Counted from the first letter of the whole stretch, positions 11,793-23,502 are shown. The stretch is DNA of 62,709 nt, filler included, from Thelocarpon superellum (GCA_026025795.1; 3 parts of 3 records of this genome joined end to end with filler, not necessarily neighbours in it), one strand, 5' to 3'. Numbers and translations: made by a program. The notes: generated by a model from the sequence alone, not told the origin.

Positions 11793-12896
11793 TCACGACG
11801 TTCTTCCGAGCTGGTGCTGAGAGGCTCTACTCGAGCTCCGCGCCGGAAAGGCAGAGGTTGGGGCGGACGTCGGAGGAGTTTTCTGCGCCCCGGGCGCCAC
11901 CCCCTCTTTTCCCTTCGGCCCTGCGTCGGTGGAGCCCTGCGGACCCAGAGACGGCGGGGGGGGCAGTTGCGGGAAATAGCCGGTCATGTACGACGACGAC
12001 GACGACGCGGCGGCCGACATGGACAAGGACATATTGGCCGACGAAGACGACGGGCTCCTCGGGCGCGTGAGCAGAGGCGACACGGACGCGCCATACGCGA
12101 CGGGATCTCTCCGTTGGCGGCTGCTCCCTGCGCCTGCGGCCGACCCTGGCACTGTCCCCGCCCCTCCACCGTTACCACCGAGGCCGGGCGTGGTGGCGCC
12201 CCCAGCGGCAGCGAGGAACGACGGGTCCGTGCCGGCCGTAACGGAGCGACGATGCCGCCGTTTCCGGTCTGGCGCGGCGGGCAGCTCCAGGCGCGAATTC
12301 ACCATGGTCCACTGTGCTTCTTCGTCCTCGTCTGGGTCGGCGATGCGCCAGCCGCCTACGCCCTCAAAGTCACGCACGAATCCGCCGCTGTCGTTCGCGG
12401 GCATCGACGGCCGGTTGAGAGGGTCGAGCTCGGTCCCGCCGCCGGCGTTGGCTCGTGTCGCGATGGGGAAGGCGTCAAACGCAGGCGTGGGGGTGGCGGC
12501 GGTCGGGTTGGGGCCAGTGATGGTGGAGGTGGTGGAGGAGGCCGAGGAGGTGGTCGTACCTCCGCTGGCACTACCCAGCATTATCCCGCCCGCGGCGCCG
12601 CTGCTTCGTCGCGACTTGGAGGGGAGCGGGAGCGGGCGCGGACGGGGGAGGTTGATCGGCGTCCATGTCGTGGCAGCCTCGACTTGTCGTGCCGACGGAG
12701 CCTGGATCGAGGCGGACGAGGAGGAGGCCGTGAAGTAGTCGTGCACGATCACCACGCCCAGCTCGATGTAGACCATGAGCACGCGCAGCAGAAGGGCGGA
12801 GAAGGCAATGAGGCTGGTGAAGAGCGCAAAGCCCGCCAGTGGAATACACCATGCTACCAGCAGCGGCGGCGCGAGCATCGCCGTGATGGTGTTCAT
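11793..12896 (-). CDS. Fungal hypothetical membrane protein
   Basis: N-terminal hydrophobic hairpin (IPLAGFALFTSLIAFSALLLRVLMVYIELGVV), ordered-looking motif RDFEGVGGWR...W..VNSRLELP, otherwise low complexity. Divergent from SCN1 across about 250 bp. Confidence 0.75.
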   Translation of the reverse strand: MNTITAMLAPPLLVAWCIPLAGFALFTSLIAFSALLLRVLMVYIELGVVIVHDYFTASSSSASIQAPSARQVEAATTWTPINLPRPRPLPLPSKSRRSSGAAGGIMLGSASGGTTTSSASSTTSTITGPNPTAATPTPAFDAFPIATRANAGGGTELDPLNRPSMPANDSGGFVRDFEGVGGWRIADPDEDEEAQWTMVNSRLELPAAPDRKRRHRRSVTAGTDPSFLAAAGGATTPGLGGNGGGAGTVPGSAAGAGSSRQRRDPVAYGASVSPLLTRPRSPSSSSANMSLSMSAAASSSSSYMTGYFPQLPPPPSLGPQGSTDAGPKGKEGVAPGAQKTPPTSAPTSAFPARSSSRASQHQLGRTS

Positions 12897-13145
12897 TGTC
12901 CGGGTGGGGGGTTCATCTCCCCTCCCTGCGTTGTGATGCCTGACGCCGAGGGTGCTTGTCGTCCGCGGGGAAGGCGGAGGTGATCCGAACGCGGCGGGCG
13001 GCCGCAAGGTCAACCGGCCGAGCAAGCGAAGGTGTAAATGGCACAGACAACCACACGTTCCGCCACCCCCGTCAACACCATCCGCTTCTGTCGTTGCTTC
13101 GACCATCTGCCGCTCCTGACGATCTCAACGTTGCCATCCACCATC

Positions 13146-14294
13146 ATGGCCACTGATGACGAGGCCTTCCCCTGGCATCTGGGCCTCTACGACGCTCATT
13201 GCCATCCGACCGACACCATGTCTGCCATCTCAAGCATCTCCGACATGAAGGCTCGGACCTTGGCCATCATGGCCACCAGAGCGCAAGATCAGACCCTGGT
13301 CGCTGACGTGGCTGATCGCTACGGTGCAGACTCGCTGCAAGGCTGCCGAGTCATTCCGGCCTTTGGCTGGCACCCGTGGTTCTCTCATCAACTTTATGAT
13401 GACTGTGCTCCCGATTCTTCCTCGAACCTCGAGGATCCATCCGCGCGGAAGGTGGCACATTATCAGGCCGTGCTCACCCCGCAGCCAGAGCCCACCTTTC
13501 TCGATTCGCTGCCCGAACCGAAGCCCCTCTCGGGATATCTTTTGGAGGCCCGACGGTGCCTTGAGAGGTTTCCGCTCGCCCTCGTCGGAGAGATCGGCCT
13601 CGACCGATCGTTTCGTCTGCCCGACGCGTGGCCTGATACGTCGGATGCAAGAGATATGACCTTGACACCTGGCGGCCGTGAAGGCCGTCGGCTAAGCCCT
13701 CATCGCGTGAGCATCATCCATCAGAAATGCATCCTGGCTAGTCAGTTGAGACTCGCCGGGGAGATGCAGCGGGCAGTGTCCGTGCACGGTGTGCAGGCAC
13801 ATGGCGCCGTGTTGGAGAGCCTCCAAGAGACCTGGCGTGGGTGGGAGCGAGAAGTGGTAAGCAAACGCACGAAGAGACGAAGAGGCGGTGTGCCAGGTGC
13901 CCACTCAGACGATGACGTGGACTCCTCCGTCGAACCCGCACGACGTCCCACGCCGGCGCCTTTTCCTCCACGTATTTGCCTGCACTCATACTCTGGCCCA
14001 CCAGAGCCTCTGAGACAGTATTTCCATGCTTCCATTCCCGCCGAGATCTACATGTCCTTTTCGTCCGTGATCAATTTCGCTGGCATGGCTGCATCGAAGG
14101 CCTCTAACGTGATTAAGATGGTCCCGGACGACCGATTGTTGGTCGAGAGCGATCTCCATGTGGCCGGCGAGGAAATGGATCGTCGGCTGGAGGAAATGAC
14201 CCGATGCATCTGCCAGATCAAAGGCTGGGCGCTGGAGGAAGGAGTGTCACGGCTCGCCATCAATTGGAGAGGATTTGTCTTGGGCAAAGCTTGA
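13146..14294 (+). CDS. SCN1: TatD-family metallo-hydrolase, Cut9-interacting protein Scn1-like
   Basis: [56 protein letters not shown]. Confidence 0.9.
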   Translation: MATDDEAFPWHLGLYDAHCHPTDTMSAISSISDMKARTLAIMATRAQDQTLVADVADRYGADSLQGCRVIPAFGWHPWFSHQLYDDCAPDSSSNLEDPSARKVAHYQAVLTPQPEPTFLDSLPEPKPLSGYLLEARRCLERFPLALVGEIGLDRSFRLPDAWPDTSDARDMTLTPGGREGRRLSPHRVSIIHQKCILASQLRLAGEMQRAVSVHGVQAHGAVLESLQETWRGWEREVVSKRTKRRRGGVPGAHSDDDVDSSVEPARRPTPAPFPPRICLHSYSGPPEPLRQYFHASIPAEIYMSFSSVINFAGMAASKASNVIKMVPDDRLLVESDLHVAGEEMDRRLEEMTRCICQIKGWALEEGVSRLAINWRGFVLGKA

Positions 14295-14837
14295 TTGCCC
14301 ATCCATAATCGAACGCCGTGCGTGGGAGAGCTCAAAAGGTTCTGAAGGATGAGGTTGGAGAGGTACGAGCCCTGGTCTTCGACCTGCCCACATCGTACCT
14401 CATCCCGGACGAAATTCCTCCCACACGAGCTCCATGGCCATTGCTAGGGCAGCGAAAAGGCATTCACTACGTGACTTGCTTGAGCGTCATAACACATAAC
14501 TTCCACGCAAGAAAATGTGACTCGCATCCGCACCCTGCTCCACGCACAGATCCGCCATCAATTCCACGCTCCGACCGCGCAACTTCTCCGCCATTCTGCG
14601 GGCAATTCTTGGCTGCAAGTTGCAAATTCAGACACAGCGGGCACCACGATTTTGCTCTTGGGACGCAAGAGGGTCCATTGATCTCGCTAGGGAGGCAGCG
14701 CTCCGCAGATCCCTCGGGTGCCAGCAACGAAGCACCTCCAGCACGAAGCGTCAAGGGGAGCCTCTCCAACACCGCCGCCAAAGCATTCATCGCCATCCGT
14801 TGCCAAGGTCATCGAATGCATTGAGATTCACGCAGCC

Positions 14838-16331
14838 ATGTCGGGTTTCCATCTTCGCTTTGACTTTGGCGAGGCTCGTGCGCCCTCTCGCCGATTGCCA
14901 TTGGATGCGGCGTCCACGCCCGACTCCGACCGGGAAGGAGGGGAATGGTTGTTGTCGTTGTCGGACGAGGAGCCTTCCACATCCACACACAAGACCACCG
15001 CCACCAGCACCATCAACACCATCAGCACCGCCGTCACAACCTTCAACGCTGGCGCCAGTACTCCCAAGGCACAGACTTTCACTGTCGCTGACCCGCACCC
15101 AAAAGCGCGCCCTACTATCGCCGACCCGTTGCAAACCCGCCGGACGTTGATCGATATCGTTGACCAGGCGCGAGCCCTTGCCGCTGCAGAAGAATCCGAG
15201 CGTAGACGCGACGAAGAGGCTCGAAAAGCACCAACATCCAAACGCAAGCGGATGCCTCTTACCAGCTCCGACCTCCACGACGGTGATGACGGTGATGACG
15301 GTGATGACGAGGATGGCGTTCACGAATCTGTCGTTGCCTCCAAACGCAAGCTCACTCGTGGGTCTAGCCACCGTCTCCACGCCCGTGACAGCGCCGACGA
15401 CGATGATGACGACGATGATGGTGATGATGATGACTCGCCCGTGTGGCGGATCACGCAGCGGCCTCTGCGCAAGACGGCGCTGACACGAAGCACGACGCGC
15501 AATGAGGACGGCCCTTTCACACCATCAAAGTATCACGCGCTTCCATCAAACCGTCCAACCACTCGATCGCAAGCGCGGCAATCACGGGTTAAAGTAGAGG
15601 AGAACCTCAACCCCTCTCACCTTCCTTCCAACTTTCCCTCCAACGCTTCTACCAACCTCCCCGCCAACGTCCCCGCCGCCAGTCGGCCTGAAGCCACGGC
15701 CACGGCCCAGACTGAGAACGACGCGCCCATCGCCAACCGGTACCCAGCCCGGTCCCGCGTCTTCCCCTCCATCACCCGGCCGGTCGGCGAGAACGACGCC
15801 GAGAACCAGGAAGTGAAGCGGCTTCGAGACGAGGAGGGCTATAAGTGGCAGGAGATTGCGGACCGGCTAAACGCGGCGCGCGTTGCCGCGGGCCAAGCGC
15901 CCGTGCTTACGGAGACGGCGGTGTACGCACGGTACACGCGCAACGCAGAGCACATTGCGAGCGCGCAGCGCGAAGAGCACTGGACGACAAAGCGGCACGG
16001 GTACGGGCACGGGCTCGATGTGTCACAGCCACCACCGACGGGCGCGTTTGCACTGCCGAGCGCTGCCACGTCCCATCCTGTCACTTCGTCCTCACCTGTG
16101 TCTTCGACCTACCACTCACTCGTCTCGTCATCGGCGGCCCAGAACGAGGCTGTGCCGGGGCCCAGCAAGCGTCACATCTTCACGACCGCAGACGACGCCA
16201 TGCTCGCCCGCGCCCACGCCGAGATCCAGGCCGAGCGCTGGGATCTGGTCGCCCAACGCCTTGTGCGTCTAGGTGGGCCGTCGCTTGATCCGCATCTGTG
16301 CGCGCGGCGCTTCCGGGACATGTCGGGGTGA
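14838..16331 (+). CDS. Low-complexity protein with two Myb/SANT-like helix-turn-helix units
   Basis: ENQEVKRLRDEEGYKWQEIADRLN...TETAVYARYTRN and FTTADDAMLARA...RWDLVAQRL...CARRF. Acidic tracts and a KRKR NLS-like motif. Confidence 0.7.
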   Translation: MSGFHLRFDFGEARAPSRRLPLDAASTPDSDREGGEWLLSLSDEEPSTSTHKTTATSTINTISTAVTTFNAGASTPKAQTFTVADPHPKARPTIADPLQTRRTLIDIVDQARALAAAEESERRRDEEARKAPTSKRKRMPLTSSDLHDGDDGDDGDDEDGVHESVVASKRKLTRGSSHRLHARDSADDDDDDDDGDDDDSPVWRITQRPLRKTALTRSTTRNEDGPFTPSKYHALPSNRPTTRSQARQSRVKVEENLNPSHLPSNFPSNASTNLPANVPAASRPEATATAQTENDAPIANRYPARSRVFPSITRPVGENDAENQEVKRLRDEEGYKWQEIADRLNAARVAAGQAPVLTETAVYARYTRNAEHIASAQREEHWTTKRHGYGHGLDVSQPPPTGAFALPSAATSHPVTSSSPVSSTYHSLVSSSAAQNEAVPGPSKRHIFTTADDAMLARAHAEIQAERWDLVAQRLVRLGGPSLDPHLCARRFRDMSG

Positions 16332-16586
16332 CTCTGTCATGCCTCTATGACACGCTCACATCACCACCACGAGAGAGTCACACAGCCACAAGGCGAAGAA
16401 AAGAAGATGCGAAAGTCACTGATGGGGGCTTGGAACGGACAGAGAAGTCGCTGGGATGAGCTGGGTGGAATGAAGCGAGGATGAGAACAGGAGATGACGG
16501 CAGGGCACAGCACAGCAAAGCGCTGCACAGCGTGGCAGATGATGGAAGATGGATGATGGATGATGTATGACGGATTGTTTTTTCAT

Positions 16587-16592
<6 letters not shown>

Positions 16593-16635
<43 letters not shown>

Positions 16636-16656
16636 TACACAGGGAGTGAGACAGAC

Positions 16657-16688
<32 letters not shown>

Positions 16689-16690
16689 AC
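16593..16690. repeat. Compound microsatellite (CA)~20 plus (GAGAGT)n just past the CTF18 stop
   Basis: Seen directly. Confidence 0.95.
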
Positions 16691-16706
16691 AATAGACAGA
16701 CACAAA

Positions 16707-19700
16707 TCAAAGACCAAGGAGCAACTCTTCCAAGGTTACAGGCTTGCGCACGGCATTGGAAAAGCCTTCGTGGAAGGATATCCAGACCTTATTCTCCTGC
16801 TTGTCCTTTCCTTCCTCGCCTCCTCCCTCCCATCCTTCTCCGCCTTGGTTTTCCTCTCCCTCACATTCCGCTCCGTCTGTGGACGGGGCCACAGAACGGT
16901 GTTTCTTCCGTGCCGCATCACTGCCCGGCCCGTCGACGTCCAAGGGAGGACGAGGACGAGATTCGGAGTTGGAAACGGGGCGCCCGAAAAAGTCGCGCTT
17001 TCGTGCCGTCGTGCTGGCCCCGGCCGCAGATGATGCCGCCTTCGCATATGCTTGGTCCAGCATCATTGCGTCGCTCCTCTTTCCGTTCCCGTCTCTAGCG
17101 CCAGATTGCGTTTCTGCTGCGTCGGCTTCCCCCCATCTCCCTCTCCCTCCGTGGTACCGTGCCTGTCGCGCTTCGTTCTGCTGCTTCAGGATGTATTTCT
17201 GCTGTTCTTGGTCGAGCACTTGGCGGATCGCGTAGCGCGTCATCGTTGATGAAGCGCTCCCCTTGCTCTTCGTCGCCGTCTCGAAGCTCGTCAATGTGTC
17301 CAGTGGCCTGTGTATCGCATCGCATCTTGTTAGTGTTGAGGGGGGAAATGGTGGGGCGGACGAATGAGAACGTACGGCTCCATCCGATACACCCATCCCC
17401 CACCTCGTCCGTCCGAACCGCTCTCCAATCGCCCTTTTTCAAATGTCACCCCCACCACGCTCATTGCCTCCACCGCCCGTCGGACCATGTCTCGCTCGCC
17501 TTCTTTTCGCACGCTGGCTACGCCTCGCTGCTCGCCGCTCCCGCCGACTATCACGGGCTTCACGTCCGGGCTGAGGATGGGCATAAGCCAGGGGAGGAGC
17601 TCCGTGGAGATGTCGTGCGCGGAGCGGAACGAGCGATGCAGTTGGATGGACAGCGATGACTGCATGGTCGACAGAACCGCTTTGTTCTGCTTCTCGGCTT
17701 CGTATGCGGAATAGTCCGCTCGTGGCCCGCTGAACGGAAGGGGCTCGGTCTCGGCGTCATTCGCGCCCCTTTGCTCCGTTCCGGAACCCCATCCGTGCCG
17801 GACTGGAGAGGCAAAGAGATGGTGAAAGGCGAGAACGGGGTTGCTTAGGTACCCCATCAATTCCCACTCTTGGCCTGCATACACTCGTGAGGAAAGGGTG
17901 TCGTGAAAGTGAAGCCAGTCGTAGGCAGCGTTAGGCTTTGACAGCAACGTGTCGTCCTGAAATGGCTTCGAAGGAAAGGCCGAGAAGCAGTCTGCTCACG
18001 TCAGTGAAGAAGGCCCACTCTCGTCGAGATACACCTACCCGTCATCACTCGGTCTACTTCTCCGCAGGTCTCCAAAGTTTGTCGTAATCGGTCCATCGCT
18101 CGTCGTTTTCCCAGTTCCGCCACACCAACGTTCGGGCCAGCGCTTGATTCGAGATCGCCGACAGGGGAGCCTTTGATCGAGCCTCCCCCGTCGGAGAAGA
18201 CCCTCTCGACCACCTCCTTGGTCCCTCCGCGGCCCATTCCACGGCTTCCACCAATCCCCTGCGACAGGTCGCCGAGAATATGCTGTTCCACCCAGTTTTT
18301 GGTCAGTCTTGATGTCTGCCCTTGTAGCACCGTCGTTGGGGGCCGCATCGAACGATATTTGGCCGCGGCCCATTCTCCAGCAACCAGAATCCCACGCATG
18401 TCGCCCTCTCCACCGCCTGAACCGCCTGAACCGCCATCCTTGCGGCTGGTGATGCCCCACGTGGCCTCGCATAGCCTCCGCACGCCGTCGCTATCGCAGG
18501 CTAATCCCTCCCTCTCAAAGATGGTCTTCATGCGCGAGATGACCATATTGAGCGGCGGCTTTCGAACATGGATGACCTCGGCGATGGTGACTTGGCGTAG
18601 CGGCCGTAACGCCGGATGGTAGGCATCATTGCAGATCAAGATGAGCGGTCTCATAAGTCGAAAGCGGTCCGCCTTCTTCTTCTTTCGGCCGTTACTCGTG
18701 GAGTGATTGCCAGCCTCGGAAGACGCGTTCTTCTGGTCGAGGAGGACCAGGTCGATGAGCGCTTTGACAAATCCGCCTTCACCCCCAGCTCCTGATCCAC
18801 TTACAACCCCGTCCACCTCATCCACCACCACGCACACCGGCCGACCGGCCTTTCGAATCTTGCCATGGGCTGTCTTGACGGATATGCCCCGGACATTCTC
18901 CGTTCCCACGCAGTCACGGATTCTCCCCTTGACGACGTCCCGGCTTCTCTCGTCGCTAGCATTGATCTCCAGGACTTCATACCCTGCCTGCCGTGCACAC
19001 ACATGAGCCAACGTCGTCTTGCCGAGACCGGGAGGTCCCGCGAGCATCAGTAGCTTCCGGTGCGGACGGACATCAGCATCGTCGGTCTTGTGCCCTTTCC
19101 GTGATCGTGCACGGGCAACGTCTGGGAAGACAATGGGGTCCCAGTGCTTCAGCCAGCTCAGGACCGATCGGTGTGTTCGCTCGTCGCCCACCAAGTCCGT
19201 AAACTGTCGAGCACGGTACTTCTCCGTCCACATCAGCGTCTTTTTCGTGTCGCTCCGTGGCTTCTCGTGCTGACGTGACTCCATGGACGGAGCTGGATGA
19301 CTAGGCGGGGCCTCCACGTTGGCCTCATCTAATAATACGTGGATATCGACGCCGTAGTGGCTCTTCTTGGCTCGACCTGGCGCGGTTGTCGAGCGAGCCG
19401 CGATGAGCTCCTCAAATGGGACCGTGGCATGGGCTGGGCTTGGGTCGACCCGGAAGGATTTCCCAGAGCACGTACGGACGGAGAATCGAGATTTGGCCAC
19501 GTGCGAAGGATCCCCCGACAGGGGTCGTTGCGACGGGTCGACACATGACACCAAAGCCGGCTCGCGGGCATTTGCATGGCGCTCAATCGGGACAGCTCGT
19601 GCCAAGTCGGGCTGCTCGCCTTTGCTCGAAAGGATGCTATTCAAAATTGACGAGAAGGCCCGCTTTCCCAAATCTCGTGAGGCGTGGGTTGGAAGGGACT

Positions 19701-20275
19701 TCGAGTAATCGGGGCCGTGGCCGGGGCCGGCGGTCTTGTCTTCAAAGGCTCTCTCGGTTGAGGCAGGTCGATCCGATTTGGACAGACGTGGTCCTCCAGC
19801 AAGAGCGGCAGGCGGAGACGAACTTGGGGGATAGACGACGGGGGAGGAGAGCAGCGGCATATTGCTGGCTGCGATGGTAGGAGAATCGATGTCCCGGACA
19901 CTGTTGGCAGTGGTGGATGTGAAGTCGGGTTCGCCAGATCTTCTGCGTTTCCTGATTGGAGAGTCTAAGGGGTATCGCACATTAGTTGTGCGTTCGAGAG
20001 ACCACGCAACCAGGACGTGCGGCACCGATGGAATAGTCCTCGTCGCTTCGAAAGACCTCGGGAAGCCGCCACGCGCGATGTTGAATGACCACGCCTTGCC
20101 TGGTCTTTTCGGCGGTGAGTTGATCTCGTTGTCGGTACAAGGCGTCCAACGCATCGGCGTCCGACTGCGCAGGTCGAACCTCCGCCAATGCCTCCGAATG
20201 AAGATGAATGGCCGGATCGAAGGGGGTTGGCAAGGACGAGAGTGGTGAAGAGGACGAGGGTTCAAGGTCCGGCAT
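16707..20275 (-). CDS. CTF18: Chromosome transmission fidelity protein 18 (RFC-like clamp loader large subunit)
   Basis: MWTEKYR, Walker A GPPGLGKTT, EINASDERS, Walker B VVVDEVDG, RPLILICND, C-terminal VWISFHEGFSNAVRKP. Introns near 19965-20025, 17992-18039 and 17308-17375. Confidence 0.96.
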
Positions 20276-20664
20276 GGAGCTCACTCAACCATGCATGTTG
20301 CACGTCGGTCGCCCATTCGGACGCCATGGTTGCGGTCTTCCATCTTTGCCAACATCCGTCGTGGTGGGGGGACGGGGGGACATGGGTCGACGCGACTCGG
20401 GGTGGAGCCGACGCGTCTGCGCGTTTGCACTTCGCCGTACACTTCGCCGTAATACGTGGACTACGGGAGGCGACTCATGGCGTGGCAACCGACACCTTCC
20501 CTCCCCATCACACATTGCCCTGCCCAACATGCCACGTCCAGAGCCAGGAGGCATGGCTATGTACCTGCGTCTACATCCCATCAGGGTAAGTTAGATCCTG
20601 CTCGAGTCTGTACGTAGTATTAATATCGTCCATAGAAGTCGACGCACGATAGATACTATCCCTG

Positions 20665-20754
20665 TGTAGAAATCAGAGCTGAATTGCTAATCTACGCGTA
20701 GTCGGGATAGTAATAGGATTGGGCACGTGACCAGATCACGTGCGCCCTCCTACA
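20665..20754. mobile_element. 90-bp non-autonomous element (MITE or mini solo-LTR), copy 1, TSD CCTG
   Basis: TGTAGAA...TCCTACA termini, flanked by CCTG at 20661-20664 and 20755-20758. Near-identical to 58964-59071. Confidence 0.85.
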
Positions 20755-20934
20755 CCTGGCATATTAAGCTGATGGGATATCCAGAGGAGGCTCTGTTCTC
20801 TGGAGCCCTTCAAGGTATGTAGGGGACTCCATTTTATCTCGTCTCCCTGCCCGGCTTCTAAGGCTGTGTAGGTCTAAAGCGGGTCAAGATCAACCTTGAC
20901 CCGGGATACGACCCCCCCCCCCCCCCCCCCGCCG

Positions 20935-21034
20935 NNNNNNNNNNNNNNNNNNNNNNNNNNNNNNNNNNNNNNNNNNNNTTAATTAATTAANNNNNNNNNN
21001 NNNNNNNNNNNNNNNNNNNNNNNNNNNNNNNNNN
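20935..21034. other. Artificial contig spacer N44-TTAATTAATTAA-N44
   Basis: Exactly 100 nt; the 12-mer places stops in all six frames; identical to the second spacer. Confidence 0.98.
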
Positions 21035-21447
21035 AAGCACAATGGAGAAGAAACGATCGGGTGTATTAAGAAACACCCAAAGCAGAGCAACAGATGATGA
21101 TGATTATAGCCCCCACCCTCGCACATATCCTAGCTTTCTTTATTCCACCAGCCTATCGGGTTTACCCAAGTGCATCTATTGACTGTTCGTCGTTCTTTCT
21201 TTCCCTCCCTTCCTTCCCGGCCCTATCGTGTCCTTGTCCCATGTGCCTCCATCATCACCATCACCAACAATTACTCGATGCAATACAAGGCTGTGAGACA
21301 CGACAAGGAGCCGGAGCTCATGTGGATTGACCGGTACGAGGATATTTGAGGTGTAGGAAAGGACGATGAAGGCGCAGACCGAGCAAGCAGAAACGTATTG
21401 GGAAAGCCGCCGCTCATCCCGTCTCATCTCATCTCATCCCGGCACGC

Positions 21448-21822
21448 TTACAAGAGCGCAAGAGCGAGGAGAGTAAGAGCGACAAAGCCACCGCCGACCT
21501 TGTTGACGGTAGCGGAGCCAGTGAAGGGCTTGGGTGGGGGGGAGAACGTCGTGCTGTTGCTGCCGGGAAGAGAGCCTGTGGGGCCGGCGGAGCCCGAGCC
21601 CGTGCCGATGGCCGGGGGACTGCTGGAGCAGGTGGTGATGTAGGCGACCACGACGGAGGTTGACAGGATGGTGGATTCGGCCGGGCAGTGCGACACGCTC
21701 GACGAGCAGCTCGTGATCGTCACCACCGTCGTCGAGTAGACCGTCGAGGTCGTGCTGCCGTCGTCCGCGGCGACAACGCCGGCCGCGGCTGCCACGACAG
21801 CGAGGATGTTGGAGAATTTCAT
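21448..21822 (-). CDS. Small secreted Ser/Thr-rich, probably GPI-anchored cell-wall protein
   Basis: Signal peptide MKFSNILAVVAAAAGVVA, STTVVTITSC..HCPAES module, FTGSA omega-like site and hydrophobic C-terminus. Confidence 0.88.
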   Translation of the reverse strand: MKFSNILAVVAAAAGVVAADDGSTTSTVYSTTVVTITSCSSSVSHCPAESTILSTSVVVAYITTCSSSPPAIGTGSGSAGPTGSLPGSNSTTFSPPPKPFTGSATVNKVGGGFVALTLLALALL

Positions 21823-22023
21823 TTTGAATTCGAGTGGGTGGTGGAAGCGGAGGACGCGTGGAGATCAGATGGATAAGTCGGGAATGACAGGCGAGGTTTG
21901 GAATGTATTAGACGGCGGGATGATACGTAAATGAGTGACGACTTGAAGCGGAGAGGAGAGGAGAGAGGAGATGGAGAGTAAATCTATTAGGACCAAGGTC
22001 GCGAGGGGAGAGACTTCGCCGCC

Positions 22024-22029
22024 TATATA
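22024..22029 (-). promoter_or_regulatory. Candidate TATA box of the GPI cell-wall gene
   Basis: TATATA about 200 bp upstream of ATG 21822, followed by a CT-rich leader on the minus strand. Confidence 0.45.
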
Positions 22030-23454
22030 CCAAGACCTGGTGGAGGAGGACACTGGGGATCTGGAACCACCAAAGACACCCACATGCCTCTTTCGAGACG
22101 GCCATTCCTAACCTCTCTCGCTTTCTCTCGCGCTCTCGCTCGCTCACTCTTCATCTCCCATCATGTAAGATGAGCAGCGCGAGGGCGCGAGAGAAACGAC
22201 AGGGCCGAGCGGCGCCTCGGAGGCTGGTCGGAGCCATCGACTTGCCCTCTCCGGTCGGGTCTTGACCTCGACGCATATACCGATCCTCATCTTCCTCTCG
22301 CCTAGCCGGACCGTGCGCGGTCAGACAGGCTCCGAGAGGCTTCGAGACAGTCCGACAGAAGTGAATACGCGTACTAGGTAAGGTGGTGGAGTGCCGCTTT
22401 CGCTGGGCAATGGCGCAGCCAAGCATGAAACTTCTACGTTATCCGGCGCCGATACTCTCGATTACGAAATTGGAGCTTGCGTCAATTATGCAAAGCAAGG
22501 GTCCCATCTCTCATCCATGCCGCGTACCGTACTTTGCCAGACACCAGGAATGGCCAAGTGGTCCGGCCAAAAAACGGAACCGGGTCTTTCGCACACGCGT
22601 ATCATTAGGGTTAGATGACGGTGCGCTGGGTAGACGCGTCTCGCCCGCGTCGTTTGTGCGCTCGTCCGCAGCCGTGACATCATCGACCGCGGACCCGGTC
22701 TTAGGTAAGCGGAGCGAGAAGGAAGCCAGAGGGGATGGAACGAGGATGAGGCAACGCTGACACCGCCTCGGCACTGCGTACAAGCCGTACTCTCGCAAGC
22801 ACGAGTATGACCTGTCCACTCCGCGTTCCACCCTAATCATGAGCGACGTGCATAGGGGCAAACATCTGCGGCGCCTTCGACTTCGATGCTTTCTCAGACC
22901 TTCCATGCAGTCTCGGGCCGCGGCGCTAGCTTTCGCCGGGTTCAGAAAAGGGATAGTCACAAGACACGGCACAACTTGTGCTGATCCGTCACTGTGCTTC
23001 CGCATCCCGTCTGAGGCCTCGAGATCGGCAGCGCTAGAAGTTCTTAAAGACCTTTCTCCCGAAGCGCGAGGGCGACGTACAACAGTAGTGCCTGTCAGTC
23101 CATCACTAACCCGTTGATCATGATCGGCCACAAGGCGCCGATCTCCTAGCCCGACATTGCGAGTCAGGAGCACGACGCGTGTTGTCGCCGCCAACGACTC
23201 AAACTGTACGTCCGTGAATTGGATTAGATTGATTCCTCTGGTCGCGTCCGGGAACCGCGCGGGAACCCCGGCGTCTGCTGTAAGAGTACGAGCGCTCGTA
23301 GGGTAAGTTGGTGAGAAGACCAATGGTAGCGAGAGCGCCCTCGTTTCATCCAGCCGAGCATATTCAGCTCCTGGCCCAGACAGATGCACTACGTAAAAAT
23401 CCCGACTCCTCCAGCCAAAACTAACTATTAGTTTTGTATTCTTGGAGTCAAGTA

Positions 23455-23502
23455 GAGCAGCGAGCAGCGAGCAGCGAGCAGCGAGCAGCGAGCAGCGAGC
23501 AG
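23455..23502. repeat. (GCGAGCA)6 heptamer repeat
   Basis: Seen directly. Confidence 0.93.

Noticed and set aside
20979..20990. TTAATTAATTAA as a piggyBac target or regulatory palindrome
   Set aside because: Centred in N runs and repeated identically at 41896-41907; it is a synthetic linker.
22605..22614. CTAACCCTAA (minus strand) as a telomerase RNA template
   Set aside because: Only about 600 nt remain before the next same-strand promoter, and no pseudoknot or CR4/5 could be identified. A cmsearch with a Pezizomycotina TER model would settle it.
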